Source: Thermoplasmata archaeon (lineage in GTDB: Archaea; Thermoplasmatota; Thermoplasmata; Lutacidiplasmatales; UBA184). From it: a stretch of 49,971 nucleotides of DNA. The stretch spans positions 1 through 49,971 of the forward strand of contig JAGWLG010000029.1 in assembly GCA_028864975.1 (NCBI GenBank), written 5' to 3'. The first letter of the stretch is position 1; every line of letters begins with the position of its first letter. The notes beneath the pieces are model-generated. The model made no database searches. It saw only the letters and a list, made by a program, of their open reading frames with translations, and was not told the origin of the DNA. This document shows positions 7,851-18,003 of the stretch, one piece after another. The translations under genes and the position numbers were made by a program.

Positions 7851-10787
7851 GTGCCTGAACGCGAACCCGACCTCGAGAGCAGCCTCGACGACCCACGACT
7901 TCTCATAGTTCCGCTCGGTTCGAGTCCCTTCTGGGTCCCCGTGTCCGAGCCCGCTGCTCCCCTCCCCCCTCAACCTTCGATTTCGTTGCACGCCCGGATC
8001 GCGTCCGTCGCGCGGGGAAGGGGTATCGTCGATCCCACCGAGATCCAGGCCTTGGCCTGGCCCGTGCTGGCCAGGGGAGCCGAAGCTCTCCTGGTGGCCC
8101 CCACGGGCACCGGAAAGACCGAGGCCGCGCTCCTCCCGCTCCTCGGGGACCTCGTCGCCACGCCCGGCCCGCCCGTCTCGATCCTATACATCACTCCGCT
8201 CCGGGCGTTGAACCGCGACCTCGACGGGAGGCTCATGGCGTGGTCGGAAGCGCTCGGGCTACGCGCGGCCGTACGGCATGGGGACACCCCTCAACGCGAA
8301 CGCGTCCGGCAGTCGGCGGCACCTCCCGACGTTCTGGTGACGACGCCCGAGACCCTTCAGCTTCTGCTCGTGGGGAGCCAGCTCCGCAAGGGGATGCAGA
8401 ACCTGCGGGCGGTGATCGTGGACGAGATCCACGAGCTCGCGTCCAACGACCGGGGGGCCCAGTTGGCCGTCTCGCTGGACCGGCTGGACGCCCTGGTGGG
8501 CCACCACGTCCGGAGGATCGGGCTCTCGGCCACGATCGGGAACCCGAAGGAGGTCGCCACCTATCTTTCGCCCCGCACCCCGGTCGAGGTGCTCGTGGCC
8601 CCGGCCTCCAAGGAGTTCTCGGTCACGGTGCGTCCCCCCGCTCCACCCGAGGCGGTCTCGGCCGTTCCGGAGGCGATGCGCAGCGAGCTGAAGGCGGATG
8701 ACGGTCTTCTGGCCGCCCTTCTGGCGCTCGTCGAAGAGGTGCGAGCGCACCGTTCGACACTCATCTTCGTCAATACCCGACCGACCGCAGAATCCCTGGC
8801 CGCCCGCCTGAAACGGCTTGCCGCGGACCTCCCTGTGGCGGTCCATCACGGCTCCCTTTCTCGGGAGGTGCGTGAGGAGACCGAGGAACGCTTCCGCAAG
8901 GGGGAGCTACGCGCCCTCGTCGCGACGAGCTCGCTCGAGCTCGGGATCGACATCGGGGTCGCGGACCACGTGGTGCAGTTCGGCTCGCCGCATCAAGCGT
9001 CGAGGTTGCTCCAACGCATCGGGCGGTCTGGCCACCGAAGAGGGGCCGTCTCTTCCGGGACCGTGATCGCGCTGGACGACGAGGACCTGGAGGAGTCCGT
9101 GGTGCTCGCTCGTCGGGTCCTCTCTCGCGAGGTCGAACCCATCTCCATCCGCCCGCGCAACCGACTGGCGCTCGCCCAGCAGCTGGTCGCCGCCCTCCGG
9201 GCCGAACGAGAGGTCCCAGCGGACCGGGTGCTGTCCACCCTTCTGACCTCGGTCCCGACCCGCGACCTGACCCTGGGGGAGGTCCGTGAGCTCTCCGAGT
9301 TCCTCGAACGCCTGGGCTCCCTGCGTCGCGAGGGTACGAAGTTCCGTGCCGGCCGGGGGACCCTCCAGAGGTTCTACGCGACGCTCTCGCTCATCCCTGA
9401 GGAGAAGACCTACCCGTTGCGGGACCTGGGGTCCCGCAAGGTCATCGGCACCCTCGACGAGCGCTTCGTGGTCACGCAAGTGCTGGCGAACCCCGAGTTC
9501 ACCTTCCTCCTCCATGGGACCACCTGGAGGGTGGTCGAATTCCGAGAGGAGGAACTCCTGGTCGAAGCCGTCAAGGAGATCGGCCAGGAGCCTCGTTGGG
9601 CGGGAGAGGACATCCCGGTCCCGTTCGAAGTGGCCCAAGAGATCGGACGGTTGCGAAGGGAGGGGAGCCCCTCGACCTATCCGATGACGGCGGAGGCGAG
9701 GGGCCGATTGGAGCGGCGGGTCCGAGAGGTCCGGTCGCTCGCGGAGTTCCCCTCGGACCGAACCGTGACCGTCGAGGCGCATGGCCGCATGATGGTGGTC
9801 GGCGCGTGCTTCGGCACCAAGGTCAACGCCACCCTCGCGATGCTCCTCGCCGGTCTCGCGACGTCGAAGTTCGGCGTCCGGTCCGATGTGCTGCTCGTCG
9901 AACCCACCTGGTTCGTGATCGGGCTTCCGACCCTACCCGCCCCGAGCGAAGCCCTGGGGCTCTTCGAGGTCGATCCCGACACGGTGCCCGGACTGCTCGA
10001 CCGGCTCGTCCCGACGGGGATGGAGTACCGTTGGACCTTCACCACCGTCGCGAGGAAGTTCGGGCTCCTCCCTTTGGGCGCCGACGCTCGGCAGCTCCGG
10101 ACGCTGGAGCCGCTCCTGGAGACGAGCGAGGGGACGCCCTTGGGCGAGGAAGCGCTCGAGAAGACCCTGCACGATCGTTACGACGTCGAGCGGGCCCGCG
10201 AGGTCTTCGCGCGGGCGCGTCGAGGAGAGCTGCGGCTCGTGAACGTGCCCTCGCATCCCGGCTCGCTCGGGAGCCGTGTTCTTGAGCGGCTCCGCTGGCA
10301 GCAGCTGGGGGACGTTCCTCCGCCGACCCTTCTCAAGGCGGTGAAGGAGCGCCTGAGGAAGGAGCCCCTGCTCCTGATCTGTGTCCGTTGCGGCTACGAA
10401 CGGACCGTAACGGCGGAGGGATGGAAGGCGGCCGGGGGCTCCGCTTGCCGCGTCTGCAAAGGAGCGTTGTCGGCGATCATGTCGCCCCGGAGGGAGGAGG
10501 AGCTCAAGGTGCTCCGGAAGTACCTCAAGGCCCGGCGCCGGCGAGGCGGGGCCTCGGCGCCACGACCTACGCCCCAGCAACAGAAGCTCATGCAAGCTGC
10601 CTACACGACGGCGGAGCTCCTGAGCTCCTATGGGGAGATGGCCTTGCTCGCATTGGCCGCAAGAGGGGTGGGTCCCGAGACGGCACGCCGTATCCTCCTG
10701 GGGCAGCACCGGGGGGAGGACGCCCTTCTGGGAGACCTGCTAAAGGCCGAGCGCAGCTACGCGCAGACCCGGGCCTTCTGGGACTAG
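7851..10787 (+). CDS. lhr: Lhr-like SF2 DEAD/DEAH helicase (archaeal type, C-terminal Cys4 Zn finger)
   Basis: APTGTGKT, YITPLRALNRD, TTPE, DEIH, GLSAT, HHGSLS, ATSSLELGIDIG and QRIGRSGH motifs, plus C-terminal CVRC...CRVC and an HhH-like GVGPETA segment. Confidence 0.93.
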   Translation: MPEREPDLESSLDDPRLLIVPLGSSPFWVPVSEPAAPLPPQPSISLHARIASVARGRGIVDPTEIQALAWPVLARGAEALLVAPTGTGKTEAALLPLLGDLVATPGPPVSILYITPLRALNRDLDGRLMAWSEALGLRAAVRHGDTPQRERVRQSAAPPDVLVTTPETLQLLLVGSQLRKGMQNLRAVIVDEIHELASNDRGAQLAVSLDRLDALVGHHVRRIGLSATIGNPKEVATYLSPRTPVEVLVAPASKEFSVTVRPPAPPEAVSAVPEAMRSELKADDGLLAALLALVEEVRAHRSTLIFVNTRPTAESLAARLKRLAADLPVAVHHGSLSREVREETEERFRKGELRALVATSSLELGIDIGVADHVVQFGSPHQASRLLQRIGRSGHRRGAVSSGTVIALDDEDLEESVVLARRVLSREVEPISIRPRNRLALAQQLVAALRAEREVPADRVLSTLLTSVPTRDLTLGEVRELSEFLERLGSLRREGTKFRAGRGTLQRFYATLSLIPEEKTYPLRDLGSRKVIGTLDERFVVTQVLANPEFTFLLHGTTWRVVEFREEELLVEAVKEIGQEPRWAGEDIPVPFEVAQEIGRLRREGSPSTYPMTAEARGRLERRVREVRSLAEFPSDRTVTVEAHGRMMVVGACFGTKVNATLAMLLAGLATSKFGVRSDVLLVEPTWFVIGLPTLPAPSEALGLFEVDPDTVPGLLDRLVPTGMEYRWTFTTVARKFGLLPLGADARQLRTLEPLLETSEGTPLGEEALEKTLHDRYDVERAREVFARARRGELRLVNVPSHPGSLGSRVLERLRWQQLGDVPPPTLLKAVKERLRKEPLLLICVRCGYERTVTAEGWKAAGGSACRVCKGALSAIMSPRREEELKVLRKYLKARRRRGGASAPRPTPQQQKLMQAAYTTAELLSSYGEMALLALAARGVGPETARRILLGQHRGEDALLGDLLKAERSYAQTRAFWD

Positions 10788-10865
10788 GGGCTTGTGAAGG
10801 GACCCCGCGACCTTTCGAGCGCTCCGGGTCCGTGCGGCCCGGGGGTCGGACGTGGTCGGCGCCTC

Positions 10866-12299
10866 TCAGAGATGCCAGGTCGGGCCGCCGTACCCTGAAG
10901 GCAAGGGGGGCGGAGTGGGACCTCCGAACGGGTCCGGCCTCGGGGTCGGGGGCCGCCCCTTCTTCTCGGCGAGGTACGCATCGATGGCCTCCGCCGCCTG
11001 GGCGCCCGCCTCCATGGCATAGACGACCGAGGGCCCTCCTGAAGCGAAAACCCCCTCCACGTCGGTCATGTGGTGGGGCCGGCCACCTTCGGGCCAGCCA
11101 TGACGGGAGGGCTGGAGGTTGAGTTCCTTCGGCAACCCCCCCATCTCCGCCTTCTCCCCTGCGGCGATGATGATCGTGTCGCATGCGAGCGTCTCATCGC
11201 TCCCCGGAACCTCCTGCACCGGTCGTTTCCCCTGGGCGTCGGGGGATCCAAGTTGGGTTCGGCGGAGGACGATACCCTCCACGTGGCCCTTTCCGATGAT
11301 CTGGACCGGAGCGCGCTGGTAGAGGAAGTTCACGCCCTCGATGTCCCCTCCCGAACGCTCCTCTTCTCCGGCCGGCATCTCCGATTCGGTGCGGCGATAG
11401 ACCAAGGTCACTTCGCCGGGGTTCGAAACGCGGAGGCTCGACCGCGCGGCATCCATCGCGACGTCGCCCCCTCCGATGACCACGACCTTCCGGTCCCTCC
11501 GGCCGAGAAGACCCTCGGTTCCGACGTTCATCGAGAGCAGGAAAGGCAACGCGTAGAAGACCCCAGGAAGATGCTCGCCTGGGACCCCCAGCTCACGGGG
11601 ATCGGACGCCCCGAGAGCGAGGTAGACCGCGAGGTAGCCCTGGCGAAGGAGGTCCTCTGGGGTGAAATCCCGGCCGGCCTTCTTCTCCATCTGATAGGTG
11701 ATGTCCAGGCCCTGGAACCTCGCAACGTCGGTGGAGAGCTCGTCGCCGGCTAGATGGTACTTCGGGATCGTGTCCACCTGACCTCCGAGGAACTTCTGTT
11801 CCTCGAAGACCGTCACGGAGTACCCCCGAAGGGCGAGGTCCCACGCGGCCATCAGACCTGCCGGACCGCCCCCAACCACCGCCACGCGCTCCCCCTTCGG
11901 GGGGAGCGGAACGTAGACGAGGTTCGCGTTCCCGAGTTCGAGCGCCGCCCGCTTGAGGTGGCGGATGGCGATAGGGGAGCCTCGGCCCCCCTTCACGCAA
12001 TCCTCCTCGCAGTAGTGATAGCAGGTCTTGCACAGGACCGTGCCCAGGGGGTTTTCCTGCAGGACCCGCCGTGCGGCTTCGTCGAACTTCCTTTTCGCGA
12101 TGAGGTCGATGTACCCTCGGCAGTCCTGGGTGATAGGGCAGGCCTGGATGCAGTAGGGCATCGCGCATTGCAAGCACCGTTCGGCCTCGATCACCGCCTC
12201 ACCCTCGGTGTACGGTTCGAGGATCTCCCCGAAGGTGGACTCACGCTCCTGGCGGGTCTCTTCGGGTATCGGGACCCGATCCTGTCGGAAGGCGCACAT
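10866..12299 (-). CDS. FAD/NAD(P)-dependent Fe-S oxidoreductase (GltD/SudA/PreT-like)
   Basis: N-terminal CLQCxxxxCxxxCP and CxxCxxxCExxC clusters, an FAD motif (VAVVGGGPAG) and an NAD(P) motif (VVIGGGDVAMDAAR...YRR). Confidence 0.9.
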   Translation of the reverse strand: MCAFRQDRVPIPEETRQERESTFGEILEPYTEGEAVIEAERCLQCAMPYCIQACPITQDCRGYIDLIAKRKFDEAARRVLQENPLGTVLCKTCYHYCEEDCVKGGRGSPIAIRHLKRAALELGNANLVYVPLPPKGERVAVVGGGPAGLMAAWDLALRGYSVTVFEEQKFLGGQVDTIPKYHLAGDELSTDVARFQGLDITYQMEKKAGRDFTPEDLLRQGYLAVYLALGASDPRELGVPGEHLPGVFYALPFLLSMNVGTEGLLGRRDRKVVVIGGGDVAMDAARSSLRVSNPGEVTLVYRRTESEMPAGEEERSGGDIEGVNFLYQRAPVQIIGKGHVEGIVLRRTQLGSPDAQGKRPVQEVPGSDETLACDTIIIAAGEKAEMGGLPKELNLQPSRHGWPEGGRPHHMTDVEGVFASGGPSVVYAMEAGAQAAEAIDAYLAEKKGRPPTPRPDPFGGPTPPPLPSGYGGPTWHL

Positions 12300-12361
12300 C
12301 GTCCTATCCTGGGAGGAGGGCCTCAGGGTTCCAAGGGCGTCCGTGGCTTGGAGACAAGCTC

Positions 12362-13093
12362 CTACCTCCTTCCGCCCCCGGCCGCAGCACCACGTGCTCG
12401 GGAAGGAGGGGCGGTGGTGGAGGAGGGAGCCGCCCAGAGGCGGTATCCTCCGACGAAGGCGTTCTCGTTGTCACCGCGGCGGGCCCCGGGAGGCAGGGTC
12501 TTGATCCGTTTCACGTTCCCGCCTCCGATGACGACGTCATCGGGCTCCAGAGCCGCCCTCAGGCGCTCCACCACGTCCTCGACAGCCCGACGCCACTTCT
12601 TGTTCCCCAGGCGTTCCCGCCCCCGCTCGCCGACGTAGTCCTCGTACGTCCGCCCCTTCTTGTACGGGAGGTGGGCGAGCTCCATGGGTTCCACGATGCC
12701 GTTGACGATCATGGCGGACCCCAGGCCGGTCCCGAGCCCGAGGAAGAGCATCCGTCCGCCGCGGTAGCTACCCAGCGCCTGCATCGCGGCGTCGTTGACG
12801 AGCTTCACGGGGTGGCGGAAGGCCTTGGCGAAGTCGAGCCCGATCCAACCGGGACCGAGGTTCGCTGGTTCGTGCAAAGGACGGCCATGCAGGACCGGTC
12901 CCGGATATCCGATCGAGACCACGTCGTACGACCACGTTCGGGTGACCTTCTTCACCGCGCTCACCATCTGCGGTCCTGTCATCTCCGGCCCCGAGGGGAT
13001 CTTCACTTCGCCCTTCCGGCCGGTCGCGCGCACCTTGACATGAGTTCCGCCGACATCGAGCACGAGCACCTTGCGTTCTGCGACTTCGTTCAT
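12362..13093 (-). CDS. ROK-family sugar kinase (glucokinase/polyphosphate glucokinase-like)
   Basis: LDVGGTHVK, VNDAAMQALG, LGLGTGLGS and ELAHLPY motifs. The start ATG 13093 overlaps the pgl stop (ATGA). Confidence 0.88.
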   Translation of the reverse strand: MNEVAERKVLVLDVGGTHVKVRATGRKGEVKIPSGPEMTGPQMVSAVKKVTRTWSYDVVSIGYPGPVLHGRPLHEPANLGPGWIGLDFAKAFRHPVKLVNDAAMQALGSYRGGRMLFLGLGTGLGSAMIVNGIVEPMELAHLPYKKGRTYEDYVGERGRERLGNKKWRRAVEDVVERLRAALEPDDVVIGGGNVKRIKTLPPGARRGDNENAFVGGYRLWAAPSSTTAPPSRARGAAAGGGRR

Positions 13094-13872
13094 TCCTGAC
13101 CTCCGCGTCCTCCTTTTCGTTGGAGAGCTAGGGGAAGCCCGGTAGCCGCCTCGCGGTCCAGGTAGAAGCGCGTAGGGGCGCGGGCGGCGATGAGGCTCGC
13201 GGGGAAGCGGAAGGACCCTCGGGGCAAGCTGCGATAGATCCCGCGCACGGCCTTGGCCTTCCCCTCGCCCGAGGTCAGGAAACAGACCTCCTTCGAAGAG
13301 GTCAACGCAGGGAGCGTCAGAGTCGCCCGCGGCAGACGTGGAGGCTCCGGCGACCTGCGGACCAGGGCGACCAACTTCTCCTGTTCGGTGAGCTGCGGGA
13401 AGGACGGGAAGAGGGACGCGGTGTGCCCGTCCTCCCCGATCCCCAGGAGCACGAGGTCGAACCAAGGGGGCGGCCCTTCGAGCGTGGAAGCAAGACGATT
13501 GGCATAGTTCTCCACGGCCAAGGAGGGAGGGCGCATCTCTCCGCGCACCCGCACGACCTGGGAAGTCGGCACCCTGACCCGGGAGAGGAAGCTCTCCCGG
13601 CACATCCGGAAGTTGCTGTTGGGGTCCTTGGGGGGCACGAGCCGGTCATCGCCGAAGTAGACCCAGGTCCGCCGCCACGGGAATGTGGGCTGCTCCTCTG
13701 CGAGCTCTCGATAGAGTTCCCGGGGAGTGTTCCCTCCCGCGAGAACGAACCGGAAGCGGCCACGTGCCTTGACGGACCGGCGGGCGAGCGCCGTGACGTG
13801 TCGGGCGAGGCGATGCGAGACCTCGGAGAGGTCCCCACCTACGACCCACCGGACAGACCGCTCTCGTCCCAT
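13090..13872 (-). CDS. pgl: 6-phosphogluconolactonase
   Basis: LAGGNTP, YFGDDRLVP, SNFRM and FDLVLLGIGEDGHTASLFP (DevB/Pgl family). This is the C-terminal part of the long track ORF 13090..15081; the true start is ATG 13872. Confidence 0.93.
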   Translation of the reverse strand: MGRERSVRWVVGGDLSEVSHRLARHVTALARRSVKARGRFRFVLAGGNTPRELYRELAEEQPTFPWRRTWVYFGDDRLVPPKDPNSNFRMCRESFLSRVRVPTSQVVRVRGEMRPPSLAVENYANRLASTLEGPPPWFDLVLLGIGEDGHTASLFPSFPQLTEQEKLVALVRRSPEPPRLPRATLTLPALTSSKEVCFLTSGEGKAKAVRGIYRSLPRGSFRFPASLIAARAPTRFYLDREAATGLPLALQRKGGRGGQE

Positions 13873-15338
13873 CGATGCCCCATCTCCTCGAGCAGCTGGT
13901 CGGCCTCCGCGGGTCCCATCGTTCCGGCGGCGTAGGGACGGACCGGGGGTCGGTTCGCCAGTAGCGGGTCGTAGAGGGTCCACGAGGCCTCGACCTCGTC
14001 CGCGCGAACGAAGTGCGTCGGGTCCCCCCGAAGCACGTCCATGAGGAGCATCTCGTAGCCGTCCGAGAGCGATCCGAAGACGTCGGAGTACCGGAAGCTC
14101 ATCCGGTGCGTCTGGGTCCTCATCTCCCGCCCGGGGACCTTGACCTCGAAGCAGAGCTCGAACCCCTCGTCCGGCTGCAGGAGGATGGTCAGGCGGTCCG
14201 GGCTCATCTCGTAGGCGGCCGCACGATGGAAGAAGGCGACCGGAGGGGCGCGGAAGGTGACCACCACCCGGGTCGACTTCGCGGGCAGCCGCTTCCCCGT
14301 CCTGAGATAGAAAGGGACCCCTTGCCACCTCCAGTTGGCGATCCGAAGGCGCAGGGCCACGAACGTCTCGACGTCCGAGGTGGGGCTGACCCCCGGCTCC
14401 TGTCGGTACCCCGGGACCGACTGTCCCCCGATCCCCCCGGCCTGGTACTGGCCGAAGACCACATCGCCCGGGGCCAGGGGCGCGATGGACCTTAGCAGCT
14501 TCACCTTCTCGTTGCGGATCGCGTCGGCGTCGAGCGACCCCGGGGGCTCCATCGCGACCAGGCTCAGCACCTGGGTCGTGTGGTTCTGGACCATGTCCCG
14601 GAGCGCGCCCGAGCTCTCGTAGTAGCCGGCCCGGTCCTCGACCCCCAACGACTCGGCCACGGTGATCTGGACGTCCTCGACGTGCTCCCGGTTCCAGTCG
14701 GATTCGATGAAGGCGTTCGCGAAGCGGAGCACCAGCAGGTTCTGGACCGTCTCCTTCCCGAGGTAGTGGTCGATCCGGTAGACCTGTTGCTCTTCGAAGT
14801 AGCGATGAAGGAGCGCGTTCAACTGCTGAGCGCTCGCGAGGTCGCGCCCGAAGGGCTTCTCCACGACCACGCGGGTCCACCCCGGTCCGTGCGCGAGACC
14901 CGCGTCGCCGAGCCCCTGGATCGTGGACGCGAAGGCCTGGAGCGGGAGCGCGAGGTAGAAGAGGCGGTCCCCCGCGAGCCCGAGCTCCTTCTCGACCTGG
15001 GGGATCCGCGCGGAGAGGGCCGCGTAGCCTGCGCTCCCACCTGCCGCTAGGGACTGGAACCGGATCGTTCTGGCACACCATTGCTCGAGGTTGGCCCGGT
15101 CCTGGGCTCCGTCGGTCCCCGCCCCGGCCGCGAGGAGCGCGTCGAGGGCGACCTGCTGGAACTTCGCATCGTCCAGAGGAGCACGGGCCACGGCCAGGAT
15201 GCCGCTGCCGGCGGGGATGTCGCCTCGAGCGTGGAAATGGTAGAGCGCCGGTAGGAGCTTGCGGCGCATCAGGTCCCCGGTGCCTCCCAGCACGACGAAG
15301 AGGTGGGGCGTCGTGGGGGGGGACGCCGGGGCGGCCAA
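13839..15338 (-). CDS. zwf: Glucose-6-phosphate 1-dehydrogenase (classical bacterial Zwf)
   Basis: GGTGDLMRRKLLPAL, VVEKPFG, RIDHYLGKE, ESLGVEDRAGYY, RDMVQNH and RWQGVPFYLRTGKRL. Confidence 0.97.
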   Translation of the reverse strand: MAAPASPPTTPHLFVVLGGTGDLMRRKLLPALYHFHARGDIPAGSGILAVARAPLDDAKFQQVALDALLAAGAGTDGAQDRANLEQWCARTIRFQSLAAGGSAGYAALSARIPQVEKELGLAGDRLFYLALPLQAFASTIQGLGDAGLAHGPGWTRVVVEKPFGRDLASAQQLNALLHRYFEEQQVYRIDHYLGKETVQNLLVLRFANAFIESDWNREHVEDVQITVAESLGVEDRAGYYESSGALRDMVQNHTTQVLSLVAMEPPGSLDADAIRNEKVKLLRSIAPLAPGDVVFGQYQAGGIGGQSVPGYRQEPGVSPTSDVETFVALRLRIANWRWQGVPFYLRTGKRLPAKSTRVVVTFRAPPVAFFHRAAAYEMSPDRLTILLQPDEGFELCFEVKVPGREMRTQTHRMSFRYSDVFGSLSDGYEMLLMDVLRGDPTHFVRADEVEASWTLYDPLLANRPPVRPYAAGTMGPAEADQLLEEMGHRWDESGLSGGS

Positions 15339-15340
15339 GC

Positions 15341-16249
15341 TCAGCCCTCCTTGCCCAGGACGTGGCCCCCGAACTTGAGCCGCATCATCGCGAGGAGGCG
15401 TTCCGCGAACGGGTTCTCCTCACGCGAGCGGATACGGTTCTGGAGCGCGATCCCGATGACCGGGGCTGGGACGTTCAAGTCGAGCGCCTCCTGGAGCGTC
15501 CACCTCCCCTCGCCCGAGTCCCACACCCACGGCTTCACGCCCTCGAGCTTGGGGTTCTCCGCGAGCGCCTGGGCTGTGAGGTCCAGCAACCATGAGCGGA
15601 CCACGCTACCGTAGCGCCAGATCTCCGAGACCTGGTGGAGATCGAGCGCGAAGTCCTGCTTCGCTCCGAGCACCGCGAACCCCTCGGCGTAGGCTTCCAT
15701 GAGCCCGTACTCGATGCCGTTGTGGACCATCTTCACGAAGTGTCCCGAGGCAACGGGACCCACGCGGCCCCATCCCAGGGCCGGGCCGGGTGCGAGCGTC
15801 TCGAGCGCCGGTCGGACCCGCTCGACATCCGCGGGGTCCCCCCCCACCATCATGCTGTACCCTTCGGTCAGCCCCCAGATGCCCCCGCTCGTCCCCACGT
15901 CGACGAAACCCCCTCCCCAGGCCTTCACGGAGGCCGCGCGGCGGAGCGTGTCCTTGTAGTAGGAGTTGCCACCGTCCACGACGAGGTCACCTGGGGCGAG
16001 CAGCCCCTTCAGGCTCTCCAAGGTCTGGTCGACCGGGGCCCCCGAAGGGACCATCAGCCAGACGACACGGGGCTTCGCAAGCTTCTGGACGAGGTCCTCG
16101 AGGGAGCTTGCTCCCTTCGCCCCCTGGTCCACCACGCTTTGCACCGTCGCGGGGGTCCGGGCGTATCCGACCACCTCGTGCCCGCCGCGGACCAGCCGCA
16201 CGGTCATGTTCGCGCCCATCTTGCCCAGTCCGATCATTCCCAGTTGCAT
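15341..16249 (-). CDS. gnd: 6-phosphogluconate dehydrogenase, short-chain decarboxylating type
   Basis: MQLGMIGLGKMG, WLMVPSG, VDGGNS, DVGTSGG, GHFVKMVHNGIEYG, VVRSWLL and SGEGRWT; about 302 aa, which is the short form. Confidence 0.95.
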   Translation of the reverse strand: MQLGMIGLGKMGANMTVRLVRGGHEVVGYARTPATVQSVVDQGAKGASSLEDLVQKLAKPRVVWLMVPSGAPVDQTLESLKGLLAPGDLVVDGGNSYYKDTLRRAASVKAWGGGFVDVGTSGGIWGLTEGYSMMVGGDPADVERVRPALETLAPGPALGWGRVGPVASGHFVKMVHNGIEYGLMEAYAEGFAVLGAKQDFALDLHQVSEIWRYGSVVRSWLLDLTAQALAENPKLEGVKPWVWDSGEGRWTLQEALDLNVPAPVIGIALQNRIRSREENPFAERLLAMMRLKFGGHVLGKEG

Positions 16250-16284
16250 GTTCGACTTCCTCCGTTCTTCCTCAGGGTTGACCA

Positions 16285-18003
16285 TCACGTTGAAGCGGGT
16301 CCCGAGAGGGCCCCGACCTCGCGAGCGGGCGCCTCCGGTAGCTTCGTCAGGACGGACCGCAGGCGTTCGAGCCCTTCGAGCGCGTTCGCGCCCAGGTCCA
16401 AGCGCAGAACCCTACGGTGGCGCTGGAGCAGCACCTGGGCATCGCCCAGGGACTGCGCCCGAATGATCTCGCCGAAGCTGAACTTCTCCCCGGGGACCGG
16501 AAGGTCGACCGAGGGGCGGTCGAGGAGCTGAAGAACGACCACCGACGGGGGCCCCCCTTTGTGGAGCTGGCCTGTGGAGTGCAGGAAGCGAGGGCCGAAC
16601 CCCGACGTCGTCGCGACACGGGTGCGGCGGAGCAACTGCGTGCGCAGCCCCTCCAACGCCTCCTCGGCCGCGGCCGTCGTGTCCAGGTAGGCTTGGAGCG
16701 TCACATAGTCGCCCGGGCGGATGCCCGCAAGCCACCCCCTGAGCGAGCCCTCGAGCTCCGGCCCGTCCTTCACGTCGATGCGAGGCACAGGCTCGGCCCC
16801 CGCGGGGCCGCTCCCACGGGCCATCGCCTGCCGGGCGAGCTCCTTGGCGACCTCGACATCGGGCTGGTCGAAGGGGTCGATCCCCAGGACCGAGCCGCTC
16901 ATGGCGACCGCGAACTCCCATCGGAAGAACTCCCCACCAAGGTCGAGCGGGTCGCCGTAGGTGAGGCGTAGGACGGGGTGCCCGTCGCGTTCCAGCGACT
17001 CGGTGTGCGCCCGCAACGCTTCGTCCTGCCTTCCCTGCTGCTGGAGCTCGACGAAGAACCTGTCCTTGCCATAGAGGGACGAGGCCACCAGAGCCTCTCC
17101 CGCCACGGGGACGATCCCCGTGCCGAGCTTTCCGGTGCTCTCGGCGATGAGCTGCTCTACCCAGATCGGGAACGCTCGCAACGCGCCCCCCACATAGAGC
17201 GTGAGCTTGTCCTGCCCCGCGCGCGCGAGTTCCCCCATGAGCGCACCCAGGTGCAGGGCGGGGTTCGATGGGGGGTCCACCGAGGGACCGCACGCGCGGG
17301 CCATGGAGGCCGCCCGGTCGAGGAGGCCCCCCACGTCGGCGCCCAGCAGGGCTGCGGGGACCAGCCCGAAGAACGTGAGCGCGCTGTAACGTCCCCCCAC
17401 CGTCGACAGCGGGTGGAAGGTCCGACGGAATCCCTTCTGGCGAGCGAGGCGGTCGAGCGCCGATCCTTCATCGGAGATCGCGACGAAGTGGGACCCAGGG
17501 GGGATCCCCGTCTTCTCCATCTGCCCCCAGAAGAACTCATGAAAGACGTTCGGCTCGAGCGTCGTACCGGACTTGCTGGAGACGAGGAAGAGCGTGCGAG
17601 GGAGCCGGGCGGGGTCCGCGAGGGCCCTGACCGCGGCGGGATGCGTGCTGTCCAGCACGCAGAGCTCGGGGAACCCGGGGGCGTGTCCGAAGACCTGACG
17701 CAGGACGCTCGGGGCGAGGCTCGAGCCCCCCATGCCCAGGAGCACGACGCGGTCCAGGCCCTCCGACCGGACCTCCGAGGCGAACTTCTGGAGGTCCGGA
17801 AGGCTCGCTCGCATCATCTGCGGGAGGTCGAGCCAGCCAAGACGGTCGGGCACCTCGGCAGGGGGCGCCTTCGGCCAAAGCTGCGGGTCCTTCTTCCAGG
17901 CCTGGGCAGAAGCGTGAGCGGAGGCCCACGAGGCCTCGCGCTCGCGGACGGCCTTGGCCGCGGCGGGGGGGAGGCGGACAGGGGACCCAGGGTCGGTGCT
18001 CAT
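16285..18003 (-). CDS. pgi: Glucose-6-phosphate isomerase resembling the PGI half of bacterial Tal-Pgi fusions
   Basis: LGWLDLP, LLGMGGSSLAP, LDSTHP, SSKSGTTLEP, VGGRYSAL, EQLIAESTGK, DPFDQPDVE and GPRFLHSTGQLHKGG. The start ATG 18003 overlaps the tkt stop. Confidence 0.9.
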   Translation of the reverse strand: MSTDPGSPVRLPPAAAKAVREREASWASAHASAQAWKKDPQLWPKAPPAEVPDRLGWLDLPQMMRASLPDLQKFASEVRSEGLDRVVLLGMGGSSLAPSVLRQVFGHAPGFPELCVLDSTHPAAVRALADPARLPRTLFLVSSKSGTTLEPNVFHEFFWGQMEKTGIPPGSHFVAISDEGSALDRLARQKGFRRTFHPLSTVGGRYSALTFFGLVPAALLGADVGGLLDRAASMARACGPSVDPPSNPALHLGALMGELARAGQDKLTLYVGGALRAFPIWVEQLIAESTGKLGTGIVPVAGEALVASSLYGKDRFFVELQQQGRQDEALRAHTESLERDGHPVLRLTYGDPLDLGGEFFRWEFAVAMSGSVLGIDPFDQPDVEVAKELARQAMARGSGPAGAEPVPRIDVKDGPELEGSLRGWLAGIRPGDYVTLQAYLDTTAAAEEALEGLRTQLLRRTRVATTSGFGPRFLHSTGQLHKGGPPSVVVLQLLDRPSVDLPVPGEKFSFGEIIRAQSLGDAQVLLQRHRRVLRLDLGANALEGLERLRSVLTKLPEAPAREVGALSGPAST

